Assembly: GCA_031835245.2 (NCBI GenBank)
Contig: JAVKOQ020000086.1
Coordinates: 1 to 64,000, forward strand
DNA from: Balamuthia mandrillaris
Lineage: Eukaryota
Length of the DNA stretch: 64,000 nt
Reading direction: 5' to 3'
The notes under the pieces were generated by a model. That model was given only the letters and a program-made list of their open reading frames with translations, was not told the origin of the DNA and did not search any database. Both the position numbers and the translations under genes were made by a program. Shown piece after piece: positions 26,940-41,700 of this stretch. Position 1 is the stretch's first letter; the number at the start of each line of letters is the position of its first letter.

Positions 26940-29900
26940 CTATTGGCCACGATATTGCTGTTGCCTTCCTTTGGCAAGTTCCATGCGAGCCTGCTCCAGC
27001 TGCTTCTCCAACCTTAGGATTTCGATCTGCTTCTCCAAGTCTGCCTTTGCAGACGGGGTGAGTGAAAGCCTTTTGTTGGAGGATTCTTCCTTCTCGGCTT
27101 CAGCAGCGGCCTTGGCAGCTTCCACCAGCTGAGAGGTGGCAGCTGCTACGGCCTTGGCTGCCGCTGACAGAGTCTTTTGGGATTGACTCGTGGGGTCAGC
27201 CTTGGCTCTGCTGGCTGCTACCAATTGAGCGGTAGCAGCAGCAACTGCTCGAGCTGAGGCGATCAACCTCTCCTCTTCGCACTTGCCTTGTGCTGAATCA
27301 TTAGCGTTTCTGACCAGTTCTTGAGTGGTGGCCGCAACGGTTTGGGCTGCGCTGATGAGACCGTTTGCCCAAGTAGGATCTTTACGGTAAAGGTGCTTGG
27401 TCTTGGGGTTCTTGCCCTTGGCCACACGTTCCTTCTGAGCTACGTGGGCGCCGCGCACCAAGGAAGCTGTGGCTTGCGTGATGGCTCGTGCTGCCTCAAT
27501 AATGGCCTCAGTAACTTCGAGTTCCCCAGGCTCGAAAACTTCTTTGCGGGGTCGGTCCATCAAGATCTTGGCCGAGTTTTCAATAACTTGGGCACATGCA
27601 CGAAGCTCCTTTTCGGCCAGTTCTTCAAGGTCCTCACCGGTATCTTCCTCCAAGGTAAGGCCTTGTCCACCAGGAAGCAGGTTAGCAGCAGCTACGACTT
27701 CTAGCAGATGGTCCGCACACTCTCGAGCAAGCGAGGAGACAGCGGCTTGACTCTGCAGGTTTTTTTCCTTGGAGGCGCTCTTGCAGGACTCGAGCAACCG
27801 CATAGCACACTCGGCTGTTAGTTTGGCGGCAGCGTCCAACTTTTTTCGTACCTCCAACTCCTGCGTAGTCTTTCCACCTCCTTTAGCGCAGAGCAGCAAC
27901 TCGTTGACAGCAGCAGAGGTAGACTCACAGGCGGCCATGAGCTCCTCTTGCGAGTTGCCACACCCAACCACCAGCTCACCGGTCGAGGCAGCCACAGAGC
28001 GTGCTGCCGAGACCACTCTCTCTGCATCAGCTGAAGAGTCTCCTTGGAATTGAGGAGAGTCGTACTTGCTGAGGATATCCTTGATGGCTCCTTTGGCTTT
28101 GTCGATCTCCATGATGCCTCTGGCTGACTGAGCGGCAGCTGTCTGGGCAACTTCGATGAGAGTGGAGATGGCACCTGCCGTAGATTGCAAGCTATCCCTC
28201 AGCACCTGCTGTACCAGGGGTTCTTGCCCTTTGCCGTGCGCATCTTTGCCGATGGAAAGCAGGTCCTGGGCCGCTCTCTGGCTGTCCTTGCAGGCATCGA
28301 TGAGCTTCTGCTGAGCTACCTTGTCTCCGCCAAGAGCGCCTGTAGCCTTGGTGAAACGGGCCAACTCCATGCCCAATACCCCCAAGGCTTTGGCTGTTCT
28401 TCCCAATTGGTCCTGGGAGGCCTGCACGCTCGATGCAAACGCCTTGCTGGCCTCTTGCATGTCTTTAGCGTTGCTGATAAGGGCGTTTTGGCATTGCTCC
28501 CAAGTCATTCCTGGAGCCAGCTCGTTAGGGTCTACTTGCCCTGCTGCGGCGAACAAGGATGAGGCATCCAGATCGGCAACCACCCGACCCAACTGGTAGA
28601 TAGCGTCCTCACATTCGCGCTCTCCTGATGGATTCAAAACGACATAGGTGAGTAATGATCTCAATGAATGGACTAGGAAAAAGCACAGAAAGACTTACCA
28701 GTAGCGCCAGCATAACAGGCGTCCAGTAACCTGGTAATAGCGCTGGTAACGCCAGCGAAGGCAGAGCCCATCGTTTGGTGGTGGGTGCGGTTCTTGGGGT
28801 CGTTGGCAACGTTCTTGGCCCCTTCCAACAGCTTGGCGCTGGCCGTGACGGCTGCTCTGCCCTCCGAGGTGAGGGCGGCACGAGCTTGCCCATCGGTGGT
28901 GCTGCTGGAAGCCTCCCTTACTGCAGCCACCACGACGGGTACCAAGGCTGCCACCGCCTTGGAGGCTGCGCCCATGTCGTCCACGTTGAGCTTCGACGAG
29001 TTGACCAGGTTGGACAGCTTTTTGACCAGCTCCTGCGTGTGAATGTTGAGCTCCACCTTGCACTCCTTGTAAGGCTTGCTGGCTGGAGAGAGAGGTTGAT
29101 CGAAGGCGTGGGCGGCCTCGCTTACCAACCTTAGCGCCTCCTCGATATCCCGCATGTTGGATACACCCGACTTGAGTGAGTTGGCAAAATTAAGAAGGGC
29201 CTGGTTGGCCTCTTTGCTCTTGTTAGCAACATCCGCTGGAGAGCCCTTCCCTGCCGCGCTCTCTCTGACTGTCCGCAGCAAGCCCAACATGCACTCTGCC
29301 AGTTCTTTTCCCAGTATGATGAGGGAGCGCTGGGTGTCTTTGTTGGAAGTGGTGGCTGCTGCTGACTTTATGAGGCCGACCAGGTGGGGCACGTGGCGTT
29401 CGGTGGAAGTGGCTGCAGCCGGCCGCTGCTGTGAAGCAGCTGGATCTGCAAGTTGCTTGATATCCGCAGCAATATCGCGCATGAGCACACCCAGCTCGTG
29501 CTGGCAATCCTGGTGGGTCTTTCCGGGGGTACCCTCCAGTTGCCCAAACGTGGCCGCGATGCCTGCAGAGGCTAATTCTCCAATGCAATTCTCGAGGGCT
29601 TCGATGGCGTTATCGCACTCCTTGACACCTGGAGAGAGGGCCGTAGCCGCGTGTTCCAGGGCCTCGATGGCTATCGGCATGTTGTTTGCTGCAGAGGAGA
29701 GCTTCATCTGGGCAGTGTTGTTCTTAGGATTGCCACAGACGTCGGCAGAAGCGCTGAGCACCCTCTGTGTGGCCTCCACCAGCGACCTGGTAGAGGACAA
29801 CAATTGGTCAGTGGCTGCGTCTCCTCCAGTGGAGACCGCCAACTTAAAGTCCCGGAGAGCAGCAAATCCCGCATCTATTTGGTGAGGAGCAACGCCGCTC

Positions 29901-32900
29901 CGTGCACTTCTCGCAAGAGAGGCAGCGGACGTGGCTAGTTTCTCGGTGGCTAGGATGGTGTTTCTTCTTTGGGTAGGATCAACGTTGTTAGAGGTGGCAG
30001 TAGCCTTGGCTTGGGCCACAATGGCCGTGGCAGCCTGTGTCAAGCCCTTGCACGCTATCACTACTTTCTTGGTGTTATCAGCGGCTCTCAGCTCATCAAG
30101 AGCGTGGGCGGCTTGGATGGTGGCGCCTGCGAACTGACGAGGGACAGCGCTAGCCTGGCCGCTGTTGGAGGCTGCTGTGTTGGACACATCGACTGCCTGA
30201 TCCACTGCATTGACAGCCCTAAGAGAGAGGGAGCCCAGCTTGTCTGGAGAGGTTCTGGCGCAGGTCACAATGCCCGAAGTGGCCTCACCAAGGGCTTGAA
30301 GGGCTGTGGGCAGTTCGTTGAGTGGGCGTTCCTCGCTAGGCACTCCTCGGTCCAGCTTTTCAAGCGCACGGGCCAACAGGTTTAGGGCCTCTTTGATCTG
30401 CTTTTGACCAGGCTGAGCGGAGCCAAGAGCATCGAGCATCTCTTGCAAGAGACGGCTGACAGAGTTGGCAGCAGCCAAGAGATTGCCCTTGGAGGAGGCC
30501 CCTCCAGTGGTGGCTGATATTTTAGCAAGCTCAATGACTTTGGCGCCCTGGTAAGCCATTTCTTTGGCGGTGGCCACCAGTTTCTCTGTCGCTTCTGAGT
30601 CAGGGCAGGAGGAGGCTGCAGCGATGGCTGCATTTACGAAAGGAGATACAGCGGCGGAGGCCATCTTGGCAGCAGGCACTAAGCCTTTCAGGTTGCTCTC
30701 CGCTGTTACGGTAACGTTCTGCACGGCGGCAGCGTAGGAACGGGCTGCCGCCACTAGTTGATCGGCTTTGGCAGGAAAGTCTCCACAGCTGCCCGGCGAG
30801 AACTTGATGCGATTGGCTTCGTTGCTGAGCATAGTGGCGGCCTCGTCCAGGTCCTTCGTGTCGATGCCACGAGCGATGTTGACGAGAGAGGCCAGCGTGT
30901 TGGTCAGGTCTTGTCCGAGAGAGGTCAACTTGTTTCTCATCTCCATGTTGGTTGGGTTGTGGGAGAGCTTGTTGGCGCCCTCGATGAGATCACTGCTGCG
31001 GGCACAAAGGTTCTTAGAAGCAGCAATAATGCTTTTTTGTGTGGAACTGTCAGGGACGTAGCTGGTGAGGGTCTTGGCTGCGTTAACCACCTGATAGGTG
31101 GCGCCAGCCGTGTTCTTGGCAGCAGGGCCAACGTCATCCGGTGTATTGAGGGCAGCCTCCTCCAGCGGGGGAATCGACTCCTGCAGGCTCTTGGCTGCAA
31201 AGTCCAATAAGTCCAGTGCAGAGTCAGCATTCTGGCCTGGGAACTTGGGCAGAGTGCCAGCCTCGGCAGCAAAGGCAGCAGCTTCCAGGTCGGCGGCCAT
31301 GTAGGTAATCTGCTCTAGGGCCTTGCCGACTTCTTTGGTGGGGCCTGCCATGGAGATGGCTTGCGTAGCCACCATCAACTTTTGCAACGCGGCTGCCGCT
31401 TCGTCCGCTGCCGAGTTAAGGCTGGTTTTTTTAGTGAGGTCGGCGATATGCGGGATGGAGCGCTTAGAGGTGGCCACGAGGTTGGCCAAAGGAGGAGCTG
31501 ACTGCTTGCCAGCAGCAAGGAGGTGCTCCTGGGCAGGGCCATCGGTGTGGAAATCGTTGGCATATCTGATGGAGTTGACCAATTCGGCCAGAGCACCTGC
31601 GGCAGTCCTTGCTGCCTCCAGCAGGCTTTTCTTGGTCTCCTCGTTGCGCGCTCCGGAGGCGCTGCTGGTGGAGGTGGCGATGAGGGCTGCGCTGGAAGCA
31701 GCCGCTGCTTTGGCCCAGTATCGCACGCTCTCCATGACGGCACTCTTACCGTCGTTCAACAGGGCTTGGGCGGCGGCTTCCAGAGCAGCGGCGCTGGATT
31801 CCACCTGACCCATACTGTAGGAATCATTGGGATTGGCGCTAGCTTGACGGCAGGATGACACCAGCTTGGCACAGGCATCAGCCAGAGTCTTGGCAGCCAG
31901 CAGCAGTGAGTTGCGACTCTGTGGGTCTGCCGTAGTTGCCACCACCTTGGTAGCCTGCAGTACCTGATTTACAGCTTCTTGGATGGCAACGGAAGCCGGG
32001 TTTATGATCTTGGGGTCCTTCCTAGCGTTGCTCGTCAGGTTTTCAACGTTGGTGCGAATGGTCTGGACAGGTGTGAGAAAGTCCTGCGGTTCATTGCCTC
32101 TCTGCCCAGCACATGTGGAGCTGTCCATGAGCTGTGCAATAGCGTCTCCGACCACTTTGGCAGCCGCCCTCAGATTGGCGAGTGAATATTCATCGAGACC
32201 GCTGGCGGCCATAGCATCTAACAGCTGTTGATTTGCGGACTCCAAGGCTCGGCATACGGTTGCCACTTGGTTCTGACACTCAGGGTTGAGAATGGCAGGG
32301 GTAATAGCCGTTGTGGTGGTAAGTACACCGGCAGCTGAGACTGCCACTTGCTGGCAGCCCACGATGGCCCTTTGCCTCCTTTGTGGATCTTGAATGCCTT
32401 GTGCCAGGAATTTGGCCTCTCCCACTAGGGCTGAACTGGCCGCTGCCACCATCTTGGCCGACTCCAATATCAATTGTTGGGAGGGCTGATCCGCAAGGGT
32501 GCCTGCTGCAGCTGCATTGATATATGTGGCAGCACTTCGCAGTCCCAGCTGGGCAGCTCGGAAGGCTTCCATAGCCTGAGGGCTGTTGGGGTTTTTAGCG
32601 AGCTCGCTCGCTGCTTGGAACAGCTTCGCAACAGAGTCAGATAAGGCCTTGGCTCCATCCAACAGAGACACATCGTCTCCCGCCAGAGAAGCCTCGTGCT
32701 TGGCTGCCGCTATCAGATCCCTCAAATTCTGGTAGAGAGCTTTGGCTCTGGCATCGGCCTCTGGCCCTCCTGCTGGGGCAGCCGCTATGAATTGGGTGGC
32801 AGAGGCTTCCAGAGCAGCGAGCGCGTCGGCCAAGGCCATACCCGCACCATCCGATATGGCCAGAGCAGGATTCTCGAATTGGGAAACTATTTGGTTGGCA

Positions 32901-34590
32901 GCAGCAATGGCGGTTGCTAGATCCGACACAGAGATGAGCTGTGCATGCTGCCCCCCAAATCCTTCCCTGCCTGCGATCCTTCCCGAGACACCCAGCATTC
33001 CCTCCTGTCCTTGGCTTGGATCGAAGTTGCCCTGACCAAATGTGGAGGTTGTGGTGGAGTAGGCAGTGCCACGCACAGGGGCTATCTGTTCTTCCTCTGC
33101 CATGTCTCCGTCTTCATCATCAATAATGCGGGAAGCATCTAGTGTATGTCATATAAATTGGGTTGCCATATAATGGAGGTTACAGTCACGCTATCAGAGT
33201 ACAAAAGGCGAAGGCACAACAGACCTTTTCTGGTCTTCAATATGATATCTATGTAGCCTGCAATAAGCTGCGATATGGCCTCTCCTTCATCAGTTTGCAT
33301 AGAAATGTAGCTATCTTCATAGTCGCCAAAATCCATCGTGAAACTGGTGAGTGATGCTGCCCATCGCTTCAAGTGGGTTAACGGGTACTCTTTAATGACA
33401 GCCTAAGAGGTAACAGAGAGAATTTGTTGAATGAGATGGTGTGTGGGTTTCGCTGAAAGAATCTCTCTCTCTCTCTCTCTCTCTCTCCTTTGCGCAAATG
33501 TACCTTGGTTTCAAAATCCATTCGCATGATAGAATGTCGAGTAATGCCCAACGTTCTAGGAACCAACTTCTTCTTTACCTTCTCCTTGACGGTGAAGAAG
33601 GTGATACCATAGGTTTTCAGAGAACGACAAAGTTGCACATAGCGGTATTTAGCGTTAACTTCGGTCATGCCAATTAACTTGGCATACTCCTTTATGACAT
33701 CCTTTTCCATGTTCTTTGATTTGATATGTGCTGGAGATACAAACTCCTTCAGGCTTAAATCATAAGCAGGAGGACCAAGAACAAAGCATGGATGAGCAAT
33801 CGGTACATAGAGGCGAGGGATAGCATCAACATAAAACACTAAGGGAAAAAAGTGTGCGTACTTCATCCATCCAGGCTTAGCATGTCGGGAAGCAGTGTAG
33901 TCCCCTTGGGTAACCTGACATTTGAGGGCTGCAAGGTCTCGAGCTTCTTCACGGGTAGTGGGGTGGTCCCCTGATATGATGGCGTTACTTGCCTGTACAT
34001 ACAACAAATGGAGTTGAACGGGGTCCGTCCTGTCCACGTTGGCGTCGTTGAAGAAGAACTTTTTCTTAAGCAGCAGAATCTCTTCCTCGTTTACACCTTG
34101 TTCTTGCAAGGACACGCTGGGGTTGAGCCACTGGTTCGAGTCTTCTTTCTTGAGAGAAAATTCCTCGGGGTTCTTTATACCCATTTTGGTGCCGACGACC
34201 TCTGTTATTTGGGCCACGGTACTGCTGTCGTCCACCAATACAGTTTTTATGGTGTCATCCAAAAGTTTTATTTTGAGCTGTCGGTGTTTCTTTTTGTACT
34301 CTAGCTCCGTCTATGGAAATATGGTGCAAGAAGAAATAGGTCAACGGGTAGATCAAAGGGACAGACAGAGGAAAATGTACCCCACTCTGAAGGTCATAAA
34401 ATCGCAGGGTCTTTTCGGGCTTTAACCAACGCGGCTTCTCGCCGGCTTGAAATATGCCGTGGTCAACGCCGCCCGCTCCTGTCTTGTCTCTGATCTCTTT
34501 ACACATCTCCGAAACTGACATGTCGGGGTTAAAGCGCATGACCTTAGTGGTCCCCAAGGTCGACAGCTTGATCTTCAAAGACAGTGCCAT
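26940..34590 (-). CDS. Talin (FERM head, Ala-rich rod, C-terminal I/LWEQ domain)
   Basis: MALSLKI.., KFFFNDANVDRTDPVQLHLLYVQ, YVQLCRSLKTYGITFF, KRWAAS..FTMDFGDY, EGEAISQLIAGYIDIILK; WANGLISAA, AVAAATAQLVAASRAKADP. Confidence 0.97.
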
Positions 34591-35643
34591 CTTTGCCGCT
34601 ATTATTTGGGGTTTCCCCACACTCGAGCTTTATTCTTGTACACCGGTGAGCAGTTCCTTTGTAGGAGAACAAGGCGTTGAGTTCACATTAGCTGGCTAGA
34701 AACTTATAAATCAACGTACCAGTTGGAAGAGTCGGTCCTATCTATTTTCGTCTAGTTCTCCTACCGCTGTTGGGTGTGAGGAGGGATGTGCAAAGTAACA
34801 CCCAACGTTTAACAAACAAGCTATGCTATGAAAAGTGCACGACAGGAGTGATGAATAAGAGGGTTGTAGGGTGCGTTTGTGGTGTAATAAAAGAAAAATA
34901 CCTTTTTGGTTGTGTTGTTGGTTCGCTGCTGCGTCGCTGCGTCGAGGAAACGTTCGCTTGAGGGGTTTGGTTCTGCCCCCTTTTTTTTGTTTGCTTCTAG
35001 TTTGATGAACCGACACCCACCACAAAACAGCAACACTAAAAAAAACCACCAATCAAAAGAGGGGCGTTGTCGGGCTGAGCCTTAATCCTGCAGTATATCA
35101 GGTCAGCAAAAGGTCATGTCGAGCTCAGGTGACATCACGTATTACCTTTTAAAGGAAAACACACGTCAGCAGAGCTGCCCTTCCCTTCGCCAGTTCTCTG
35201 GCTGCTCGCTAAAGGTAGTGAGCCCGTCTCCGTCCCCGCCGCCCCCCCCAAGGGGGACAAGACTAAAGAAACCAAACCCAAGGCCCCGCCCCAACGCACA
35301 AAGATCGAGGGAGCTCAAGCAAGCCGACCGTTAACAAGCACACCTTTAAAGACATACAGTACAGTTCAACGGAAAGTTTGGGTCAGGCCTGGTTCCTTCC
35401 TTCATTCATTCATCCCCGTTCATCTCTTCCAATAAAAACGCCCAACGGCAAACCACCAACCACAAGAAGGAAAGGGTGCATAAGGACTTACCAATCGACC
35501 AGGTGGTTCCATTCCTTCAAGACACGTTCGTGCAGGCATTACTATTGGGAACGAAGTTCGGTGGGTGAGCAGCCACACGCAACACGCTAGAAGCAAAGGA
35601 TCGGCAGCTGCCGGGTTGTTTGGAAGAAAGAAGAAGGCATAAA

Positions 35644-38600
35644 ATGAGCAAAAAAACAAGAGCAGTAAGCCTGACAAAGGCGGCACGCACCCTGGAAGAC
35701 CCCAATGGGGACCCTTGGAAAAGTAAGTACGCCGCACAACATTTTGCGAGTGAAGAAAGGTGAGCTTGTCTTTTGTGTTTAATCTGTGTTGGCAGCCCCG
35801 CGCACCATAGCCATGCGGCCAGTGCAGTTGAGAGAGGCTCCGATGACCTTTGGCGAGTCGGTGGAAGCTGGCATCTTGTCCTCTCTGCCTCGTGAAGAGA
35901 AGATTCGACAAGAGGTCGTCTTTGAGCTGATCGAAACAGAGACGAAATACAATAACGACCTTGGCATTGTAGAAACGGTGAACCTGACTTTCTTTTTGTT
36001 TTGTGCTGTGTGTTGGCCTCTTTGCTGACGCTCGTCGTGCTTGTTCACTTCTTTTGGCCTTTTTTGCTTCGCGAAGGTCTTTTTGGAACCCATCCGACAA
36101 AAGCAATTATTAACAAAGGAAGAAATAACGGCCTTGTTCAGCAACATCGAAGACATCATTTCCGTCAATGGCTCCTTCCTTCGCGTATGATGTTTTGGTG
36201 TTGAGCAGTGTACCTTCTGCCTCCCTCCCACACCAGACTAAACATTTCCACACTCACACCAATAGGAACTTAAAAAGCTGAAGCTGCAAGGCCCTGTTAT
36301 TCTTGACGTTGGCAAGCATATGCTTGAGTGGGTCTGTTGTCTCACTCACTCTTCTCTTCATCGTTCTCTTCTCTCTCTCTCTCTCACTTCTCTCTCTTCT
36401 CTCCCTCCCTTCTCTCTACTCTCACTTACTTCTCTCTCTCCCTCCCTTCTCTCTTTGCTTTCTGTTTACTTTTGCGGTCGTGGCTTGTGGACAGGTGGAA
36501 CCATTCAAGGTGTATGGCGTGTTTTGCAGCAACCACCGCCGCATTGTGGATAGAATCGACGACTTTAAACAGAAGAACAAACCCTTTGCTAAATTCTTAG
36601 AGGTTTGACACATGCGATTCCCACTGACCCGCTCTCTCCTCTTCTTTTCGTCTTACCATTTCCTCTGTGGTTTCTTTCCTATCTCACAGGATTGTTTTGT
36701 GCTGCCGGTATGCAGGCTGTTATCATTGGACAGTTTTCTAATGGCTCCATTGCAACGAATATGTAAATACCCTTTGTTGTTAAAGGTAAGTTTGTTGGAG
36801 GGATGGATGGCAATATTTTGTTTGATATAGAATCATTGAGAGCCCCCTTGAGAAATAGAAGATCTGCGAGAACACACCAGAAGGCCACTCGGATTATCAT
36901 ACCATACGGCAAGCAACGGAAGCACTGGAAAACATAGTTAAGATGATCAATGAACAAACGAGGGAGATGGAAAACATTGAAAAAATCCTCGCCATTCAGA
37001 ACAAGATAGAACAAAACGCCAACTCGGAGGTACTCTTGTTATAATCACCAGTTTTAGCATCATGCCCTAAGGGATTGAAATGTTGTGCTATGTGAAACTT
37101 AGAAGCTAGAATTGGTGGCGCCAGGGAGACACTTGGTGCGACAGGGGTTGTTGCATGTGCGCATAAGCTCCAGCCAATTCGAAGCCATGTTGTTTCTATT
37201 TAACGACCTGTTACTGGTCACAAAGCTGAACAAACAAGGGAACTACTTGCTAATTCATTCGCTTCCATTGGACCTTGTTCTGTTGAAAAATTGTGTTGTA
37301 GTAGGTGAGTAAAGTTTCTTCGATTTGAATATGTTGGCCTGGCTGACCCAAGTTCCTTAATCATTGATGCGTCTCCCACCCCCAGAAAAGGACTTTGAAG
37401 TGGTGAAAATGGGAGGCAATTCTTTCACATTCAACGCTCGTACGGCGGAGGAGGCTCGACTGTGGGTCAATGATCTTGAACGTTACACACAGCAGTGCTT
37501 AGCAGAGAGCGTACGGATTATGGAAGGTGGACATATGCAACGCTATGCCACTAATCCCAGAGGAGTGAATGGTTAGTCTTATTGCTGTTATCAAGCCTCA
37601 GACCAAACTTATCTTTCTCTTTGAAACAGCTCCTACATCAACAGGAACTCCCCAGACTGAAAAGCGAGCACGGAGAGAGGGACAATCAGAGCGACCCCCG
37701 CTCGAACGGCAGCCTCGCGCAAAGGGTCTTCATCGTAGAACATACTCTCTCGACAAGGATATAATTTTCGAACACACAAAACTTTCTCCTCGCCGATCAC
37801 CTCCTATAAGCAACGCCAATGAGGCGCCCTCTGAATTAACTTCCCCTCCGGCAGAAGCCTCAGCCAACGCTGAGGACTCACCTTCGCCAGCTACATCTCA
37901 AATACCTGCTTCAACCACTATTCCTTCTTCTGCCTCTTTAACACTTAATGTTGCTGAGCCCACAAAAGAGAATTCTCCTTCTCCTCCTCCTTCAGCTTCC
38001 CCAGGATCCGCTGTTTCAACCTCCGTTGCATCTCCGCATAGTCCGTCTTCCACCAACAATCACTCTTTCTCCACATTGCCTGCGCCCACCCCTCTAACCG
38101 CTACTGCCACTGCTACAAAAGAGCAATTTCCACCATCACTAGACCAGCTTCATGGTGAGGCAGACCAGGCTGTTACTTTGGACGGAGACGCACCACTGGA
38201 AGTATTTAAAGACAACTATGCGAAGGAGCTTAAATTGAGAACAGAAGCTGAGGCCTATTCCAAGGCCTTGGCAGAGGAGTTAGCCAAGCTCAAGAGAAAA
38301 CACCGCTACCATAGGGAGAAGATAATACGCGTTGAGAAACGGTACCGTGAAAAGGAAAAGCAACGCAGCAGAGATGACCAAGCCAAATCCAAGCTTCTTT
38401 CCAAATACAAGTTCGAGAACCGTAGCCTTCGAGAGGATAACGCGAGACTGCGAGATGAGCTATCCTTCGAACAAGAGGAGAATACTTACCTCAAGCTGCA
38501 ATTAGAGGCTTCCGAAGAGAGCATGTCTTCAATGAAACAGCTGCTCGCCTTATACTCCAAGCAACTTGACATGCTCACTGCCACCTTGAACCACAACAAC

Positions 38601-38669
38601 ACCATTACCCTTTCCTCTTCTTCCTCTTCCCTTTCTTCCTCTTGCTCTCAAGAACTACTTCTTTCTTAA
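35644..38669 (+). CDS. Dbl-family RhoGEF (DH-PH) with Ser/Pro linker and C-terminal coiled coil
   Basis: RQEVVFELIETETKYNNDL, LFSNIEDI, FKVYGVFCSNH, LSLDSFLMAPLQRICKYPLLLK; PH region RHLVRQG..LFLFNDLLLVTK. The start codon is tentative. Confidence 0.92.
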
Positions 38670-38786
38670 GTTTATTACTCTTCTTACAAGCATCACTCCT
38701 TCCATCATTCCAGCCGTTACTTGAAAAAACAATTAAAATAACATAACAAAACATTTAAAGGGAGGGACTAAGCCAGCAACGCAAAG

Positions 38787-41700
38787 CTAGTCCAGCTGAG
38801 CTTTAGTGGCGTTCCTTGGTTCGCAAAGCAAGCTTGCCGCGTAGAGCTCTTTATCGGACATGACAGGCTGGGCGATCCACCTCTGAATATCGTCCGCGGG
38901 AGCGAGTTGGTAGGGTATTTCTTGATACTTTTGGATGGTGCTTATGATGCCATATACCAAACGCCGCTTTCCAAAGTTGATGAGACCATGGGCCAAGTCT
39001 GTGTTGCCGTCCTTGATGAATGTTAGGTCTGTTAAGTACACGCCACTGTTTACACTGCTGTTAGCTCTGTTTTTTCCTTTCATATATTGATTGGAAATGA
39101 ACAACTCACATGTAGGGAATACAAGGCGGTGCTGCCTCCGCCAATGATTGACGATATCTCTTGAAAGAACCTTCCATAGACATTAGGGATTCCAACTCGA
39201 CCAATGCCTTGTTCAATGTGTAAGCGATTAGAAAACAGAAGAAGCAGTATGGAATAGAGAGCGAGTACCGCTTGGGACCGTCTGTGAAGTTTGCCTCGAG
39301 TCCACTTGAGACGAAGAACAGCCGAATTGTTAATACCGCTGATAACAGCGGTGAGGATATGGTAGTTGTGCATGTCTTTCAAGTGCTTTATGTTCGTGTA
39401 GGCATGAAAATTAGCACCGGTCACTTATTTACGCGGTAAAAACAAAAAGAACATACCTGAGCAACTTTGATGATATGAGTAAGCAGCTTCGCTCTTTCTC
39501 TCAATTTTTTCGTTTGAACAATTTCGGTGGCAAAGCGCAGTGATACATGATTGAAGAGATCAATCATGGCAACAATGTTCGGAGCTTTGTGTTCACTCCA
39601 AGCTGAACCGAGGAACTCAGTAGGCTATGCAGTCAAAAAGAATGTTCAAAATGAGCGATTCATTAATATGAATTCCAAACTGTAAAAGAGAAGAGGAATA
39701 CGCCACCTCAATGTTTACATAGATATGCCAACATTTGAGTGTAAGTTGTCGCGCCAGCTCCTCTTCATCAATGCCGAACAGCGTTAGCCTATCTGAAACG
39801 TTTTTCATCTTGGTCTTGGGGATGGATTTGCTGCTTGCAGGAATATCCTTGCCTCGTTTCTTGCATTATTTGTTTTAAAAAATTTGAGAAAAAAAACAAG
39901 CACGTAAAGAGAAACTATGAAACATACTGCTGGAGGGTTATCAAGGGCCTTCTGCAGTACCACTGCCATTTCCTTGTGGCCTCCTTCGATGAGTTGTTGC
40001 TGAATGAACAAACGCACTTTGCGTGCGAGGTCGCATTGAGGAAAGTTGAGGTCGTAATAAGACGTCTGGATCCAGTCGCGCATTACCAGGCATACCCTCA
40101 GTTGGATTTTCTTTACGTTCTGTTCGTACGCACTAATACCACCATCTCCGTCATGGGCTATTTTCTCGTAAGGCGGCACATGGAAACGCTCTAACAGTTT
40201 CGAGAAAAGCTCGTCGGGAGTAGAAAATGACCGGTATGTCAGCAGGAAGGCGTGTTGGAACGCAGAATTTACCTCTGTTTCAGAAGTAAGGTGCTGCACG
40301 AGTTTGTTCAAGGTACCAGCTTCCACCATCTTCTCTCCACCACTCACCACCTCCTTTTCAAAGACAAGGCCATCTGTCGTATGAAATTCTTCCCAAATGT
40401 TTTTTGTCTCTCCAGAACCTGAACACCTCTTGAGTTAGTTCGTTGTACGTTTCATTTTTTTCGCTAGAAAGTAAAGGGTTGTTACCAGCATCACTTGCAA
40501 CTTGCGTGTATTCCTTCCTAGGACCGAGGAACACGTGAGCGTGGAATGGTACGTTTTGGTTCCGTAAAGAGCGTTCAGGGTCAAGCAGTACCGCTCCTTC
40601 ATTCAAAATAGATAAAAAATTATATGTTAAATTAAACAGTTGCAAAACTAAGTTAAAGCACAAACCTTCCTCAACTTTACTTCGGTTTGTAACAAGGTAA
40701 AGAGAATGTTCAGAGCGAGGGAGGTTAGCGTGCTTTTTGCCGCAGATTTGACCGAGAACATCATTGACCGGATCAGCAAACTGAGTCTTGAGGCTTATGT
40801 GCTTGCCAGAGGGAAGATGAACTGTCAATGGTCTTGGCCGCAGTAACAGTCGTACTCTCTTGATTTGCTGTTAGTGAGAGAGAGAGAGAGAGAGGCATAT
40901 AAGTTTTTGAGTGTAAATCAAAATGTATGCACAAAAGAAGTACCTTGGAAGAATAATCGGAGAGAGTGCGAGTGGGCTTGAGCCACTGTCCGTCGTGCTT
41001 CTTCTTTCGCAGTGAATAAAGGCCATAATCTTTGGAAGAAAGCTTAGTGTTGGCGGTACTGCTTGCTGTGATAGATTCATCATCTTCTTCTTCCTCGTCT
41101 TCATCCTCCTGGTGGGCAGTGTTGCCGGGCTGGCTGGCAGCCTGCCACATGGAATGCACAATCTGTCGAATGACATCGCTGATCCGCATGTCGGCCTCAA
41201 AGCGCATTTCTTCAGCAGTGCGGCTGGTTGTAAGGTAAACCTTCAGCACTCGGGGCTTTCGCCGTAGATGTAGGATAAGGGATTGGGGAGGGAAAGGCAG
41301 ATCACTGTCTTGGACGGAAGACGTAGTGAACTGAGCCAACCACCTGTACTCGGCAAGCCTGCGGGTCTCTTCCAGCCAAATGCCGTTGGAGAGCTGAGAT
41401 GAAGCGGAAGCTTTGGCAGCGAGACCAGCCACCAGCCGAGGAGAGGCACGGTCAACGCCCTCCAAATAAAAGCCGTACTCTTCAGCGAGGCCTTCCTCCA
41501 GTTCGAACGCCTTCTGAGCCTTTGCCAGAGCTTCACTGACGCGGAAGGCCGGGTCCACTGCCAACACGTGTTTTATTTGTGGGGGTGGTGCTCGGGTTGC
41601 TGCTGCCTTGCTGCTGTGCTTCCTTTTTTCCTTATCCTTACCGGCTTGCTCTATCTCGGAGGAGGACGCCTCAGCTGTCGGCTGTAGTGACGGAGAGAAC

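Noticed and set aside
27321..33142. Many plus-strand ORFs opposite talin, and similar antisense ORFs over other genes
   Set aside because: Shadow ORFs of GC-rich coding sequence with no motifs or splice support.
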